From NCBI GenBank assembly GCA_043826355.1, contig JBDRQI010000005.1:64001-128000 (forward strand): a stretch of 64,000 nucleotides of DNA. The letters run 5' to 3'. The translations under genes were made by a program, and so were the position numbers. This stretch comes from Candidatus Omnitrophota bacterium. Its GTDB lineage: Bacteria; Ratteibacteria; UBA8468; MWAK01. This document shows positions 19,086-29,311 of this stretch, one piece after another; position 1 is the first letter of the stretch; the number at the start of each line of letters is the position of its first letter. Under the pieces are notes generated by a model. The model did no database searches. It worked only from the letters and a program-made list of their open reading frames with translations, and was not told where the DNA came from.

Positions 19086-21131
19086 TCACCAGAAACCTTC
19101 TTCGTAACCTTCTCCCGGAACAATCAGCTTTAAACTTCCCTGCTGAGGGAACCTTTTCAGGATATGGCTATTCCGCAGGATTTCAAGATAAAATTCAAAC
19201 CCGGAACCGGAAATTAGATTCAGCGCTTTCCAGGGAAAAGCAACTTCAATAATATCATCCTGCGCAATCGGGAAAGGATAACTTTGTGGAACTATTTTAC
19301 CATTTTTCGCCTTAAAACTCCATTGCCCGGCGAAACCGAAATTAAGAGCGAAGATAAAACCGTCCTCTTCGGCGGCGGCCGGGTCTAAATCTATCCTGAG
19401 ATAAAGGTTCTCCCGGTCCCAGCCGAAATAAAAATCATCAATTAACGCTCCCTGCTGCTGGTGCATCGCGCCGGAAAGAAGCCCCTCAACCAGGTGACCA
19501 GCGCCCAGCCATTCATAATAACTGGTTACCCGGCCATCAATCTCCGGCTGAATCGGGTTTTTGGGAAGATGAACCTCCTCTTTCCGGGATTCTTTGATGA
19601 ACTTCTGTAGCTCTTCCGGTCCCTTTTCACCCTGGAACCGGTAAAAATTAAGCAGAAACAGCCGGAATAAAGCATCGAATTCCTGGTCCCGGCCGGAATA
19701 ATGTTCCGGGGAGAACCACCAGAACCAGTCGCTCCCCTCTGCGGCCAAAATAGAGTTCCGGGCCGGTTCTTTAATCTCCTCCATTTTACGGCTCTGCCGC
19801 GCCTTCGCCACCGCAGCCCAGGCAAAATCGGCCGCCGGATAACCGGACCAGATGTGTAAATCCTGGTTAATCCAGGAACCGGTGTGGATGCGGTTCAGGG
19901 GCAAGGTTCTGGCCTCGGACAGAGATTGACTCACTGTGCAGGTTTTAAATTCTTTCCGCTCGCTGAACATTGCGTACAGGTTCGTCAGAAACGGCACGCC
20001 GTTTTCCGGATAAGATTCCCAGGCATTTTCACCATCCAAGATGATGCTGGCCGCACCCGGGCCACCCCCAATCAGGTCCTTGATGCGCAAAAGGTCCTCA
20101 CAAAGATCGTCCGAGGCCGCTTTTGCTTCCTGAAAATGATAGGCAAAACCGATCTTATCGGAAATACGCCGGTCGCGAAAGAGCACTTTAATCTTCCCGG
20201 CATCGCTTTGATAGGTGTACGGTTGGTAAATACCTTCGGCCGGTAGTCCGCCGCCACCCAAAGAACGTCTTAGAATCCCTTCATCGGTGGCAGTCCAGGA
20301 AAACCCTTCCCGCGTTAAGAGGTTAAGCGTTTCATTGCTCACCGCACCTTCCGAAGGCCAGCAACCGGCCGGGTCGCTCCCGAAGATCTCCCGATGGAAT
20401 TCCCGCGCCATCCGAACCTGCAAAACGGCGTCTTCGGGCAGGGGCTGGGGACCGGAAAGAAGCAGCGGCAGGATGGGGTGGTAATAAGGAGAGGTTGAAA
20501 TCTCAACCTGGCCTTCCTCCGACATCTTCTTCCATAAAGGAATGACCCTGGCTATAATTTCATACTGAAAATCAAGCAGGACCGTCTTCTCCTCTTCAGT
20601 GTAATCGCGGCCTTTCCGGACGAGTTCCTTCAGTATGCCTTCTTCCTGCCGCAGGGTTGGATGAAACCAGGCCAGATTAAAAAGGACCTGGAGGTCGCGC
20701 CATTCCGGCATCGAAAAATCACCCACCCTTTCTTCCAATTCTTCGCTGGAAGCGGTACGGCCCCGTTTGCCTAAGAGTTGCCGGTAGCGCGGAAACAACG
20801 TGACCATCGTCTCCCAATTCAGGGAAAAGAAGTTGCTCAGAAGAAATAACTGTTCTTCGGAATTCAGGGCGTCGGCCGGCCGGTAGCTTAAATCCAGGAA
20901 CTTGTCGGATGGACGACGTTTCAGGATGTCAAGAATCTGGCTGGCTAAAACCGGCGTGACATTGAACGTTGCCTTTATCTCCGGAAAACGGTTTAAGGTA
21001 AGAGCGAAACCGTAATAGTCCTTGATGGCGTGCAGCCGCACCCAGGGCATCCGGTAAACACCGGCAGCATAATCCAGATAACAGGGTTGGTGGAAGTGCC
21101 ACACGAAAACAACCGGCAGAGGTTTAGACAT
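19086..21131 (-). CDS. Glycoside hydrolase family 57 (amylopullulanase-like)
   Basis: WHFHQP, HPILPL, WPSEG, LDGENAWE, AEGSDWFWW. Confidence 0.92.
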   Translation of the reverse strand: MSKPLPVVFVWHFHQPCYLDYAAGVYRMPWVRLHAIKDYYGFALTLNRFPEIKATFNVTPVLASQILDILKRRPSDKFLDLSYRPADALNSEEQLFLLSNFFSLNWETMVTLFPRYRQLLGKRGRTASSEELEERVGDFSMPEWRDLQVLFNLAWFHPTLRQEEGILKELVRKGRDYTEEEKTVLLDFQYEIIARVIPLWKKMSEEGQVEISTSPYYHPILPLLLSGPQPLPEDAVLQVRMAREFHREIFGSDPAGCWPSEGAVSNETLNLLTREGFSWTATDEGILRRSLGGGGLPAEGIYQPYTYQSDAGKIKVLFRDRRISDKIGFAYHFQEAKAASDDLCEDLLRIKDLIGGGPGAASIILDGENAWESYPENGVPFLTNLYAMFSERKEFKTCTVSQSLSEARTLPLNRIHTGSWINQDLHIWSGYPAADFAWAAVAKARQSRKMEEIKEPARNSILAAEGSDWFWWFSPEHYSGRDQEFDALFRLFLLNFYRFQGEKGPEELQKFIKESRKEEVHLPKNPIQPEIDGRVTSYYEWLGAGHLVEGLLSGAMHQQQGALIDDFYFGWDRENLYLRIDLDPAAAEEDGFIFALNFGFAGQWSFKAKNGKIVPQSYPFPIAQDDIIEVAFPWKALNLISGSGFEFYLEILRNSHILKRFPQQGSLKLIVPGEGYEEGFW

Positions 21132-21143
21132 TGTAGTATCCCC

Positions 21144-22643
21144 TTACCTTGCATCCTCTCCCCGATGGGAAAAGGTAGGGTGAGGGGAAATCATGGAACG
21201 GTATAACGCCAGATATTTTTGGGCGGAACTTGACCAGGAAAAATCAGAAGCAAAAGCGCTGGAAACCAATTTTGTCCAATCCTTTTTATTGCGGTAAACA
21301 ACGGCAGCCTTTTGAAGAATGTCAAGCAGGTTCGCGGCTTTAGGCGGAACAAAACTGAATCCGTTTCCACTGGTACCGTCAAAATTAACAACCGAATCGG
21401 CCAATCCGCCGGTCTTGCGCACAACCGGAACGGTGCCGTAGCGGAGGGCTATCATCTGGCCCAGGCCGCAGGGTTCAAAGAGGGAAGGCATCAGGAAAAA
21501 GTCGACGCCGCCGTAAATCAGGTGGGCCAACTCTTCGTTATAACCGGTCCTGAACCCAAAAACACCTTCGTATTTTTGGGCGGCTGATTCAAAAAATTTT
21601 TCATAATCCGGACTCCCGCTGCCCAGGATAACCAGTTTAAATCCCTGTTTCAAAATTTGCGGCAATGCCTCCATTATCATATCAAAACCTTTGGGCGGCA
21701 CCAGGCGGCTCACCACGCCCAAAAGCGGATTATCCGATTGTTTCAAAGAAAATCGGCGGAACAATTCCGCCTTGTTTTCGGATTTCCCGAATAACCTCTC
21801 TTTTCCATAATTATATTTAAGCAACGGGTCGGTTTCCGGATTCCAATACCGGTAATCAATTCCGTTCAAGATGCCGATAAGGTCCTTTGCCCGTTTGTTT
21901 AAAACTCCTTCCAGTTTCTGCCCGAACTCTTCGGTTTTAATCTCCTCGCTGTACGTGGGGCTGACCGTGGTAATCCGGTCCGCCCAGAGAAGTCCGGCTT
22001 TAAGCAGGTTGATTTTACCGTAGAATTCCAGTCCTTCCGGGTTAAAAAGCCGGTCCGGGAGAGAGAGTATCGACCATTCATCTTTCGGGAAGATACCCTG
22101 GTAACCCAGATTGTGAATAGTCATAATGCTTTTCATCTTCCGGTAAAACGGGTCCGCCAAAAACAGCTCCTTCAAATACACCGGCACCAGGCCGGTGTGC
22201 CAATCGTGGCAGTGCACGATATCCGGTTGAAAGTTGAGACCGGCCATAGACCAAATAGCGGCGTAGGAGAAAAAACCGAACCGCAAAAGATTATCCGGGT
22301 AATCTTTGCCGGCCAGTCCGTAAATGGCGTCCCGGCCGAATAGTTCCGGCTGGTCGCAAAAAAGATACTCCACCCTCTGCTTTTGCAGGGAAAGAATCCG
22401 GAAGGCCCGGTCTTTGCCGGCAAAATTGAGCGTCGCTTCCAGGACCACCGAACATTCCTTTTCAAAATTAACGAGCCGGCGGTAAAAGGGCAGGATAATC
22501 TTGACTTCTACATCCAGGCCGGTTTTCGGCGAAGGGGACCCGGCCAGGAATTCCGGCAGGGAACCGATTACATCCGCCAGTCCGCCGGTCTTGAAGAACG
22601 GTACCGATTCTGCCGCCGTAAAAAGTATTTTTGTTTTCATCAT
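21144..22643 (-). CDS. glgA: Glycogen synthase
   Basis: KTGGLADV, HCHDWHT, TIHNLGYQG, MPSLFEPCGL. Confidence 0.95.
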   Translation of the reverse strand: MMKTKILFTAAESVPFFKTGGLADVIGSLPEFLAGSPSPKTGLDVEVKIILPFYRRLVNFEKECSVVLEATLNFAGKDRAFRILSLQKQRVEYLFCDQPELFGRDAIYGLAGKDYPDNLLRFGFFSYAAIWSMAGLNFQPDIVHCHDWHTGLVPVYLKELFLADPFYRKMKSIMTIHNLGYQGIFPKDEWSILSLPDRLFNPEGLEFYGKINLLKAGLLWADRITTVSPTYSEEIKTEEFGQKLEGVLNKRAKDLIGILNGIDYRYWNPETDPLLKYNYGKERLFGKSENKAELFRRFSLKQSDNPLLGVVSRLVPPKGFDMIMEALPQILKQGFKLVILGSGSPDYEKFFESAAQKYEGVFGFRTGYNEELAHLIYGGVDFFLMPSLFEPCGLGQMIALRYGTVPVVRKTGGLADSVVNFDGTSGNGFSFVPPKAANLLDILQKAAVVYRNKKDWTKLVSSAFASDFSWSSSAQKYLALYRSMISPHPTFSHRGEDAR

Positions 22644-22756
22644 AATATTTAGTTTATCATATTGATTGTAGATTTGACGAGTAATTAACAATAACTTTGA
22701 CAAAAAACCATCGTGCGGTATGGTATAATAAATATTTAACAACAGGGAGGCGTGAA

Positions 22757-23155
22757 ATGGTCAAATTGGGTGAACGGATACAGGAAGCGGATTGGAAGAC
22801 GGAGAAACACGTTCCGGCGATTGACGGCCCGGACAAGGTGAAAGCGGGTGAATTCTTTGAAGTGAAAGTGGCCGTGGGAAAGGAGATTGCGCACCCGAAC
22901 ACCACCGAACATCACATCCGGTGGATTACGCTCTTCTTCCACCCGGAGGGTGAAAAGTTTTCCTTCCAGGTCGGCCACTATGAATTCACCGGTCACGGCG
23001 AATCAATCCAGGGGCCGAACACGGGCCCGGTTTACACCCACCCCGGAATCACCACTTCGTTGAAAATCGATAAGCCGGGCGCGCTCTACGCTCTGGCCCT
23101 GTGCAACATTCACGGATTGTGGCAATCCGCCAGGGAAATTGCGGTGAACAGTTAA
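22757..23155 (+). CDS. sor: Superoxide reductase (1Fe/neelaredoxin, class II)
   Basis: EKHVP, HPNTTEHHIRWI, CNIHGLW; GGAGG RBS before ATG 22757. Confidence 0.92.
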   Translation: MVKLGERIQEADWKTEKHVPAIDGPDKVKAGEFFEVKVAVGKEIAHPNTTEHHIRWITLFFHPEGEKFSFQVGHYEFTGHGESIQGPNTGPVYTHPGITTSLKIDKPGALYALALCNIHGLWQSAREIAVNS

Positions 23156-23199
23156 TCATGAACGGTGAACGGTAACTGCTGACTACGGTGAGGAGAAAA

Positions 23200-23334
23200 A
23201 TGGCTAACGTTAAGAATGCGGGCGAGGTCTATAAATGCGAAGTCTGCGGCAATACCGTCCAGGTGCTGGCGGTGGGCGGCGGTGAACTGGTCTGCTGCGG
23301 ACAGCCGATGACGCTGACTGAAGAAAAGAAATAA
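23200..23334 (+). CDS. Desulforedoxin (44 aa)
   Basis: Manual translation [52 protein letters not shown]. Confidence 0.92.
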   Translation: MANVKNAGEVYKCEVCGNTVQVLAVGGGELVCCGQPMTLTEEKK

Positions 23335-23351
23335 AAAAGATGCGCATACTG

Positions 23352-23424
23352 GCCCTCCGTCGCAATACGGACGCCTCGCGAACGGGCGGCTTCGCCGCCA
23401 CTCGACGTCCATGCTATGGCGGGC
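23352..23424. repeat. Nested palindromic element
   Basis: GCCCTCCGTCGC...GCTATGGCGGGC shell around GGACG..GGCGGCTTCGCCGCC..CGTCC. Confidence 0.55.
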
Positions 23425-23436
23425 AAAGGAGACTAA

Positions 23437-23595
23437 ATGGATAAATGGCGCTGTCTGGTCTGCGGATATATTTATGACCCGTCACTCGGGGACCCGGAAA
23501 ACGGAATCAACCCGGGAACCTCTTTCGAACAACTCCCGGAAACCTGGGTCTGTCCGGAGTGCGGCGTGGGAAAGGACCAGTTTGAAAAGATCTGA
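23437..23595 (+). CDS. Rubredoxin (52 aa)
   Basis: Manual translation [52 protein letters not shown]. Confidence 0.95.
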   Translation: MDKWRCLVCGYIYDPSLGDPENGINPGTSFEQLPETWVCPECGVGKDQFEKI

Positions 23596-25331
23596 TGGAA
23601 CAAAATGAGATTGCTTTCAAGATTGCCGGCGAGGCGGGCCAAGGGCTGAACGTTTCCACCCTGAATCTGGCCAGAACGTTCACCCGGAAAGGTTTCCACG
23701 CTTTTCTGCTGACCGATAACCCCAACTCCATAAAACTGGAGCCCGCCTGGTGTTCCCTGAGGATAAGCACCCACTTGATAGCCAGCCAGACCGAACGGGT
23801 TGACATTCTGGTGGCCTTAAAACCTGACGCCCTCCTGCATCACCAGGCAGAGATGTCGGACAACGGCTTCATTATCTACGACAAAGAGGCTGCAAACCCG
23901 GAAGGCGAAAAAGGGAGCGCGAAGATTAAATACCTGCCGGTACCGCTTTCCGGAATAGCCAAAGAGATGAAAGCCCCGGATTTAATACGCAACACTATCG
24001 CCCTGGGCGCTTTTCTGTCTTTGATTGACTGCCGACCGGACGGGATGGAAGAGATTATAACCGAGGGCTTCGCGCGTAAAGGCGAAGCGGTCATCAAGCA
24101 AAATATCTCGGCGCTGAAAGCCGGTTTCAATTTTGTGCAAAGCAATTACGGAAATTTTATCCGGAAACGTTTACCCGAGGAGAACGGGCCGGCCCGTTTA
24201 TTTCTAACCGGGAACGAGGCGCTTTCGCTCGGGGCCGTTAAAGCCGGCTGTAAACTGCTGGCCGCCTACCCGATGACACCTTCCTCACCCATTCTCCATT
24301 ACATCGCTTCCAAGGAGCAGGAATATAATATCGTGGTCAAGCATACCGAAGATGAGATTGCCGCCATCAATATGGCCATCGGCGCCAATTTTGCCGGAGT
24401 GCGAGCGATGACCTGCACTTCAGGCGGCGGTTTCTCCCTGATGGTGGAAGCGTTGGGCATGGCGGCGCAAAGCGAAACGCCGGTCGTGGTGGTGGTCGGC
24501 CAGCGTCCTGGACCAAGCACCGGCCAGCCGACCCACACCGGCCAGGGAGAATTGCAGTTTTTAATCTCCGCTTCGCAGGGTGAATTTCCCAGAATCATTA
24601 TTGCGCCCGGCGACGCGGCCGAGACCTTCCGGGAGACTTTTAACGCCTTCAATCTGGCGGAAAAGTTCCAGGTCCCGGTTCTCATCCTGACCGACAAATA
24701 CCTGGCGGAAAGTTACGCCGACTGGCCGGAACTTAAAGATGATGACTTGAAGATTGACCGCGGTAAGTTATTAACCGAAGCGCAATTATCCGCGGAAAAA
24801 GATTACCGGCGCTATCGGATTACGCCCGACGGAATTTCTCCCCGGTCCACCCCTTCCCAAAAGAACGGCATTCACGTCGCCACCAGTTATGAACACGATG
24901 AATCCGGCTGGTACCAGGAAAACCCGGTTGGAGTTAAAACGATGTACGACAAGCGGTTCGCCAAAATGCCCTTTATTCTGAAGGAGATGAAAGAACCAAA
25001 ACTTTACGGACCGGATGAGGCGCAAATAACGCTCCTGGCCTGGGGTTCCACCAAAGGCCCGGCTCTGGAAGCCCTGGAACGCCTGGCGAACAAAGGCATA
25101 ACAGCCAACCTGATTCACCTAACCTACCTGTGGCCGCTGCCTGTTGAAACGCTGTCCGGATTGATTGAAAGCGCGCAGCAAACGCTGATGGTTGAGGGCA
25201 ACCATAACGGACAATTAGCGCAGGTCATCCGCCAGGAGACCGGTTTAAAAATTAACCATATTTTGACAAAATATGACGGACAGCCTTTCTACCCGGCTGA
25301 CATTTGCGCAAAAGTCAAGGAGATTATTTAA
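23595..25331 (+). CDS. korA: 2-oxoacid:ferredoxin oxidoreductase, fused gamma-alpha subunit
   Basis: GEAGQG, GNEAL, YPMTPSS, EDEIAA, TSGGGFSLM, RPGPSTG. Confidence 0.92.
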   Translation: MEQNEIAFKIAGEAGQGLNVSTLNLARTFTRKGFHAFLLTDNPNSIKLEPAWCSLRISTHLIASQTERVDILVALKPDALLHHQAEMSDNGFIIYDKEAANPEGEKGSAKIKYLPVPLSGIAKEMKAPDLIRNTIALGAFLSLIDCRPDGMEEIITEGFARKGEAVIKQNISALKAGFNFVQSNYGNFIRKRLPEENGPARLFLTGNEALSLGAVKAGCKLLAAYPMTPSSPILHYIASKEQEYNIVVKHTEDEIAAINMAIGANFAGVRAMTCTSGGGFSLMVEALGMAAQSETPVVVVVGQRPGPSTGQPTHTGQGELQFLISASQGEFPRIIIAPGDAAETFRETFNAFNLAEKFQVPVLILTDKYLAESYADWPELKDDDLKIDRGKLLTEAQLSAEKDYRRYRITPDGISPRSTPSQKNGIHVATSYEHDESGWYQENPVGVKTMYDKRFAKMPFILKEMKEPKLYGPDEAQITLLAWGSTKGPALEALERLANKGITANLIHLTYLWPLPVETLSGLIESAQQTLMVEGNHNGQLAQVIRQETGLKINHILTKYDGQPFYPADICAKVKEII

Positions 25332-26191
25332 TGGCTACACTGCCGGAATTGAAGACCGGACATAATCCATCCTGGTGCCTGGGCTGCGGTAATTACGGAA
25401 TCCTCAACGGACTGAAAGCGGCCATCAGCCAGGCCGGACTTGAGCCGCACCTCACGGTGCTGGTCTCCGGCATCGGCTGTTCCGGAAAAGACCCTCACTT
25501 TGTCAAAACATACGGTTTTGAAGGCATCCACGGCCGGGTCCTGCCGGTGGCCACCGCCGTCCGGCTGGCCAACCACAAACTGAAAGTAATCGGTTGCGCC
25601 GGAGACGGCGACGCCTACGGAATCGGCGGCAACCATTTTCTGCATACGATGCGCCGCAACGTTGAGATAACCTACCTGGTCCACGACAACCAGATTTACG
25701 GTTTGACCACCGGGCAAACCTCGCCGACCAGCGTCAAGGGATTCGCCACCAAATCCACGCCCTTCGGTGTCATTGAAGAACCGGCTAATCCCGTCAGTCT
25801 GGCGATTGCGGCCGGCGCCACCTTCGTGGCTCGCGCTTTCGTGGGTGAGTTCAATCACTTCAAACAGGTCCTGGTACAGGCCCTGAAACACAAAGGGTTC
25901 GCCCTAATTGACATCCTTCAACCCTGCGTCACCTTCAACTACCTGAATACCTACCAGTGGTTCAGCCAGCGCGTTTACAAATTGGAAGACGAGCCCGGCT
26001 ATGAACCGCGCGACCGAATGTATGCGTTTACCCGGGCGCAGGAATTAGGAGAACGGATTCCAATCGGGGTTTTCTTTCAGGAGACCAAACCAACCTACGA
26101 GGAACAGCTGCCGCAGATAAAAGATAAACCGCTCGCCGAGCAGGACATCTCTTCCGTTGATATTAAAAAGTCGCTCGCGGAATTTATTTAA
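25331..26191 (+). CDS. korB: 2-oxoacid:ferredoxin oxidoreductase beta subunit
   Basis: WCLGCG, SGIGCS, TPP motif GDGD..NQIYGLT, QPCVTFN. Confidence 0.92.
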   Translation: MATLPELKTGHNPSWCLGCGNYGILNGLKAAISQAGLEPHLTVLVSGIGCSGKDPHFVKTYGFEGIHGRVLPVATAVRLANHKLKVIGCAGDGDAYGIGGNHFLHTMRRNVEITYLVHDNQIYGLTTGQTSPTSVKGFATKSTPFGVIEEPANPVSLAIAAGATFVARAFVGEFNHFKQVLVQALKHKGFALIDILQPCVTFNYLNTYQWFSQRVYKLEDEPGYEPRDRMYAFTRAQELGERIPIGVFFQETKPTYEEQLPQIKDKPLAEQDISSVDIKKSLAEFI

Positions 26192-26221
26192 TCCAAAATT
26201 TACCGCCGGCGGCGGTCTCCC

Positions 26222-26698
26222 TTATTTTCTCTTGGCCTTCAAGGAACCGATCTTGCCTTGAAGGGTCCCCATCGGACAAACTACGCACCAGGCCCTTTCC
26301 CGGGTAAATATGCCCAGGACGATGGCAACTAAAGTGGATAACAAGCACATCTGAACAAAAACAAATCCGATTTTAGGAAAAGTTTTTTCCACGGTTGCTA
26401 GCCGGAACATAAAAAACCCGATAAAAAACGCAAAAACAACCCACCGGAACCACTTTTTTAAAAACAAGCGGGGAACCTGTCTCTTTAAACTTGCCTGGCT
26501 CAAAACAAGGTCCAGAAAAGAACCGCGCGGGCAAAACCGGCTGCACCAGAGCCGTCCCTTAAAATAGGAAAGGACCAGAAAAAAGAGCATCATTAAGAAA
26601 ACCAGGTAACCCATAAGCGGGTAAAACAACCCCCCGAAAATTATCAGGGGCAGAAACCAAACCATGATTTTTTGAACGCTCTTTTTCCCCGGCGCCAT
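26222..26698 (-). CDS. Membrane protein with Fer4_5-type CxxxCP motifs
   Basis: GRLWCSRFCPRG and RAWCVVCPMG, 4 TM. Confidence 0.8.
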   Translation of the reverse strand: MAPGKKSVQKIMVWFLPLIIFGGLFYPLMGYLVFLMMLFFLVLSYFKGRLWCSRFCPRGSFLDLVLSQASLKRQVPRLFLKKWFRWVVFAFFIGFFMFRLATVEKTFPKIGFVFVQMCLLSTLVAIVLGIFTRERAWCVVCPMGTLQGKIGSLKAKRK

Positions 26699-26700
26699 AC

Positions 26701-27186
26701 CTACTCTTTTCTTCTGGCCAGCTTCCGATTCATCGCAGCAACCGCATCGGGCCCGGATTTCTGTTTCAACTCCGCTGCAATCCGGGAAGCGTTCTCTTCC
26801 TCTTCAACCTGTTCCCTGACAAACCATTGAAGAAAATCGGAGGCGTCCTTGTCACCGGATTCCTTGGAAATAGCGCAGAGCCGCTTAATCAAACCGGTTA
26901 CTTTCTGTTCGTGCCGGTAAACCCGTTCAAACAGGCCCGGAGATGAAGTGAACTTTACCGTCGGCTGGTTAATCGCCTTTAAAACAACCCTTTCTCCCCG
27001 GCTGACCAAAAAATCATATAGCTTCATCCCATGCGCCCACTCTTCCTTAAACTGGATTTTCAACCAGTGCGCAAACCCCGCAAGCGAAACTGAATCACTG
27101 TAAGCGGCCATGGATAAGTAGAGATACGCCGAATAAAATTCTTTGTTAATCTGGTCGTTCAGAGCATCCCGTAATTTTTTGTTCAC
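26701..27186 (-). CDS. ftnA: Non-heme ferritin
   Basis: QINKEFYSAYLYLSM, EEWAH, HEQKVT, FLQWFVREQVEEE. Confidence 0.92.
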   Translation of the reverse strand: MNKKLRDALNDQINKEFYSAYLYLSMAAYSDSVSLAGFAHWLKIQFKEEWAHGMKLYDFLVSRGERVVLKAINQPTVKFTSSPGLFERVYRHEQKVTGLIKRLCAISKESGDKDASDFLQWFVREQVEEEENASRIAAELKQKSGPDAVAAMNRKLARRKE

Positions 27187-27785
27187 AAACCCTCCCCTTT
27201 CTGCATCTGGTTTTGTCTGACTAAATAAGCGACCTTGGCACCCAACTCAAAAACTTTTTCCAGGCAATCCGGGCGCTGCAACACTTTGCCTTTTTCATCA
27301 ATACCCCGACACAAAATTTCTTCCCGGTAGTTAGCGTCAATAACCGCAAAAAAGTTCTTGATGATAGAACGGGCATTTACAAAAAAATCTTCACGGTTTG
27401 AGGCCTCCACTGAGATAAATGCGCCTACTTTTTCTTTTTTAACCGTGCTCTTTTTCAAAATAAACTTAGCCCGCCAGAGGCACTGGAAACGATCAATCAT
27501 AATCTTCACCTGGGCGGTAATGCTTCCGAAAAATACCGGTGAAGCCATAATGACGGCGTCCGCTTCCAAAATCTTCCGGTACACCCCCTGCATATCATCC
27601 TCAATTATGCAGGAGCCGTCGTCCTTGAGGTTTGCGCATTCCTGGCAGGGAGCAATCTTCAGGGTGTTCAGTATTACTTTTTCGGTCTCCGCGCCGATAC
27701 TCCGGGCGCCTTCCAGCGCCTTGTCAAGCAGAATATCCGTATTTCCGCCAATCCTGGGGCTTCCGTTTATCCCGATTATTTTCAC
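27183..27785 (-). CDS. Iron-sulfur flavoprotein / flavodoxin family
   Basis: GSPRIGGNT, CQEC..C, DDM, SPVFFG, IDRFQ. Confidence 0.88.
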   Translation of the reverse strand: MKIIGINGSPRIGGNTDILLDKALEGARSIGAETEKVILNTLKIAPCQECANLKDDGSCIIEDDMQGVYRKILEADAVIMASPVFFGSITAQVKIMIDRFQCLWRAKFILKKSTVKKEKVGAFISVEASNREDFFVNARSIIKNFFAVIDANYREEILCRGIDEKGKVLQRPDCLEKVFELGAKVAYLVRQNQMQKGEGL

Positions 27786-27786
27786 T

Positions 27787-27984
27787 CTATTGTCTTCCTT
27801 TTCTCGTAAGATAAATAATTGTTCCGGCGTGCACGGTCGCCAGGATAACGGTCAGCAACGCCGGCAATTTGTGGTGCCTGAGTTTGAGTTTAAATTTGAC
27901 CCGGAATAAACCGCTTAAAATGGTTGCCACCAACAGGGTATAAGCCAAGACGCCTAAAGGTACAACGAATAGGTCCAGGTCCAT
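27787..27984 (-). CDS. Small 2-TM hypothetical protein with His residues
   Basis: Two hydrophobic helices, HHK and VHA; first gene of the run. Confidence 0.6.
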   Translation of the reverse strand: MDLDLFVVPLGVLAYTLLVATILSGLFRVKFKLKLRHHKLPALLTVILATVHAGTIIYLTRKGRQ

Positions 27985-28122
27985 ATTTGGAAAATAAGTA
28001 TATCACTTTTTCCGGTGCCGGTCAATTTGCCGCTTGATTCTATTTTTTTCTTGCATTACAATAATAAGCGGGTCCGCCTGCGTCCGCCTCTGGCGGACTA
28101 TGACGGGCGAAGGAGGTGCGCT

Positions 28123-28380
28123 ATGGAAGAAAAGGAAATTGGGCAGGTTGCGGATTTTTTTACGCACGTCAACGTAATCGCGGTAAAGCTTTCCGGAGAA
28201 CTGTCGGTCGGCGACCGTATCCATATCAAAGGTCATACCACCGACTTCATCCAGGAAGTAGCTTCAATGCAGATTGAGCACCAGGCCGTGCTTAAAGCGA
28301 AGGCCGGCGACGATGTGGGAATTAAAGTCACGGAAAAGGTCCGTCACGGGGACAAGATATTCAAGGTTATCGCCGACTAA
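28123..28380 (+). CDS. Translation elongation factor-like small beta-barrel protein
   Basis: MEEKEIG..GDRIHIKGHTTDF.Q.V.SMQIEH..AGDDVGIKV; AGGAGG RBS. Confidence 0.82.
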   Translation: MEEKEIGQVADFFTHVNVIAVKLSGELSVGDRIHIKGHTTDFIQEVASMQIEHQAVLKAKAGDDVGIKVTEKVRHGDKIFKVIAD

Positions 28381-29311
28381 AATCGAGCCACACGATTCGT
28401 TTCTCTTTACGGAACCAGGTCAATTGCCGCTTAGCGTAATTCCTGGTCTTCTGTTTGATAATCTTTTTTGCCTCCGGCAGGGATATTTTTCCGGAAAGAT
28501 AGGCTGCCGTCTCCCGATAGCCGATCGCTTCAAAAGCCGGCAGAGTGAAATCATAACGTTTGCGAAGCGCTTCTACTTCCGCCGGAAATCCGGCCGTAAA
28601 AATCTCCTCAACCCGCCGGTCAATCCGGCCATAAAGTTCCTCCCGGTTCCGGTGAACGCCGAGCAGACGGAACGGGTAGACAAACCGCGTGGTCTGACGT
28701 TGCAGTGCCGAAATGGGCTTGCCGGTCGCCAGGTAAATCTCCAGCGCCCGGCCCAGGCGGTAAGTATCGTTAGGGTGAATCCGGACGGCTGCCTCCGGAT
28801 CCACCCGTTTTAATCGAAACAGGAGTTCTGCCGGGCCAACACCGAGGAGCCCCTTTCTTGCTTCCAGGACCGCTGCCTGGTTTGGAACTTCAAAAAATCC
28901 ATCCAGAACCGCTCTCAGATAAAGTCCACTTCCGCCCACCAGAATCGGAACCCTCTTGCGGCCGATAATCTCCGGAACTAACGAACAAACTTTTTCGGCA
29001 TACCAGTAAGCGTTCGCATTTTCTTCCGGAGAGAGGCAATCAATAAGGTGGTGGGAAACTTTTTCTCTTTCCGAAACGGTTGGTTTGGCAGTGCCCAGGT
29101 CAAGGCCGCGGTAGAACTGAAAAGCGTCGGCGGAGATTATCTCTCCGCCTATCTTTTCGGCCAGAATCAGGCCCGCTTCGCTCTTGCCGGAGCCGGTAGG
29201 CCCGCAGATAAACAGAACGACTGATGCGGGAAATACAAATCCCTCACTTTTTTTCTGCTTCCAGAAGTTCTTTTCCGTATTCAATTCCGGCGATAACCGC
29301 AGAATCGTCAC
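28367..29311 (-). CDS. miaA: tRNA dimethylallyltransferase
   Basis: GPTGSGKS, ISADAFQ, GTAKP, GGSGLY, YAKRQLTWF; start uncertain. Confidence 0.93.
   Translation of the reverse strand: MTILRLSPELNTEKNFWKQKKSEGFVFPASVVLFICGPTGSGKSEAGLILAEKIGGEIISADAFQFYRGLDLGTAKPTVSEREKVSHHLIDCLSPEENANAYWYAEKVCSLVPEIIGRKRVPILVGGSGLYLRAVLDGFFEVPNQAAVLEARKGLLGVGPAELLFRLKRVDPEAAVRIHPNDTYRLGRALEIYLATGKPISALQRQTTRFVYPFRLLGVHRNREELYGRIDRRVEEIFTAGFPAEVEALRKRYDFTLPAFEAIGYRETAAYLSGKISLPEAKKIIKQKTRNYAKRQLTWFRKEKRIVWLDFSRR

Noticed and set aside
1..28000. Selenocysteine readthrough in the redox genes
   Set aside because: Catalytic positions examined are Cys, and the TGA codons fall at expected protein ends.
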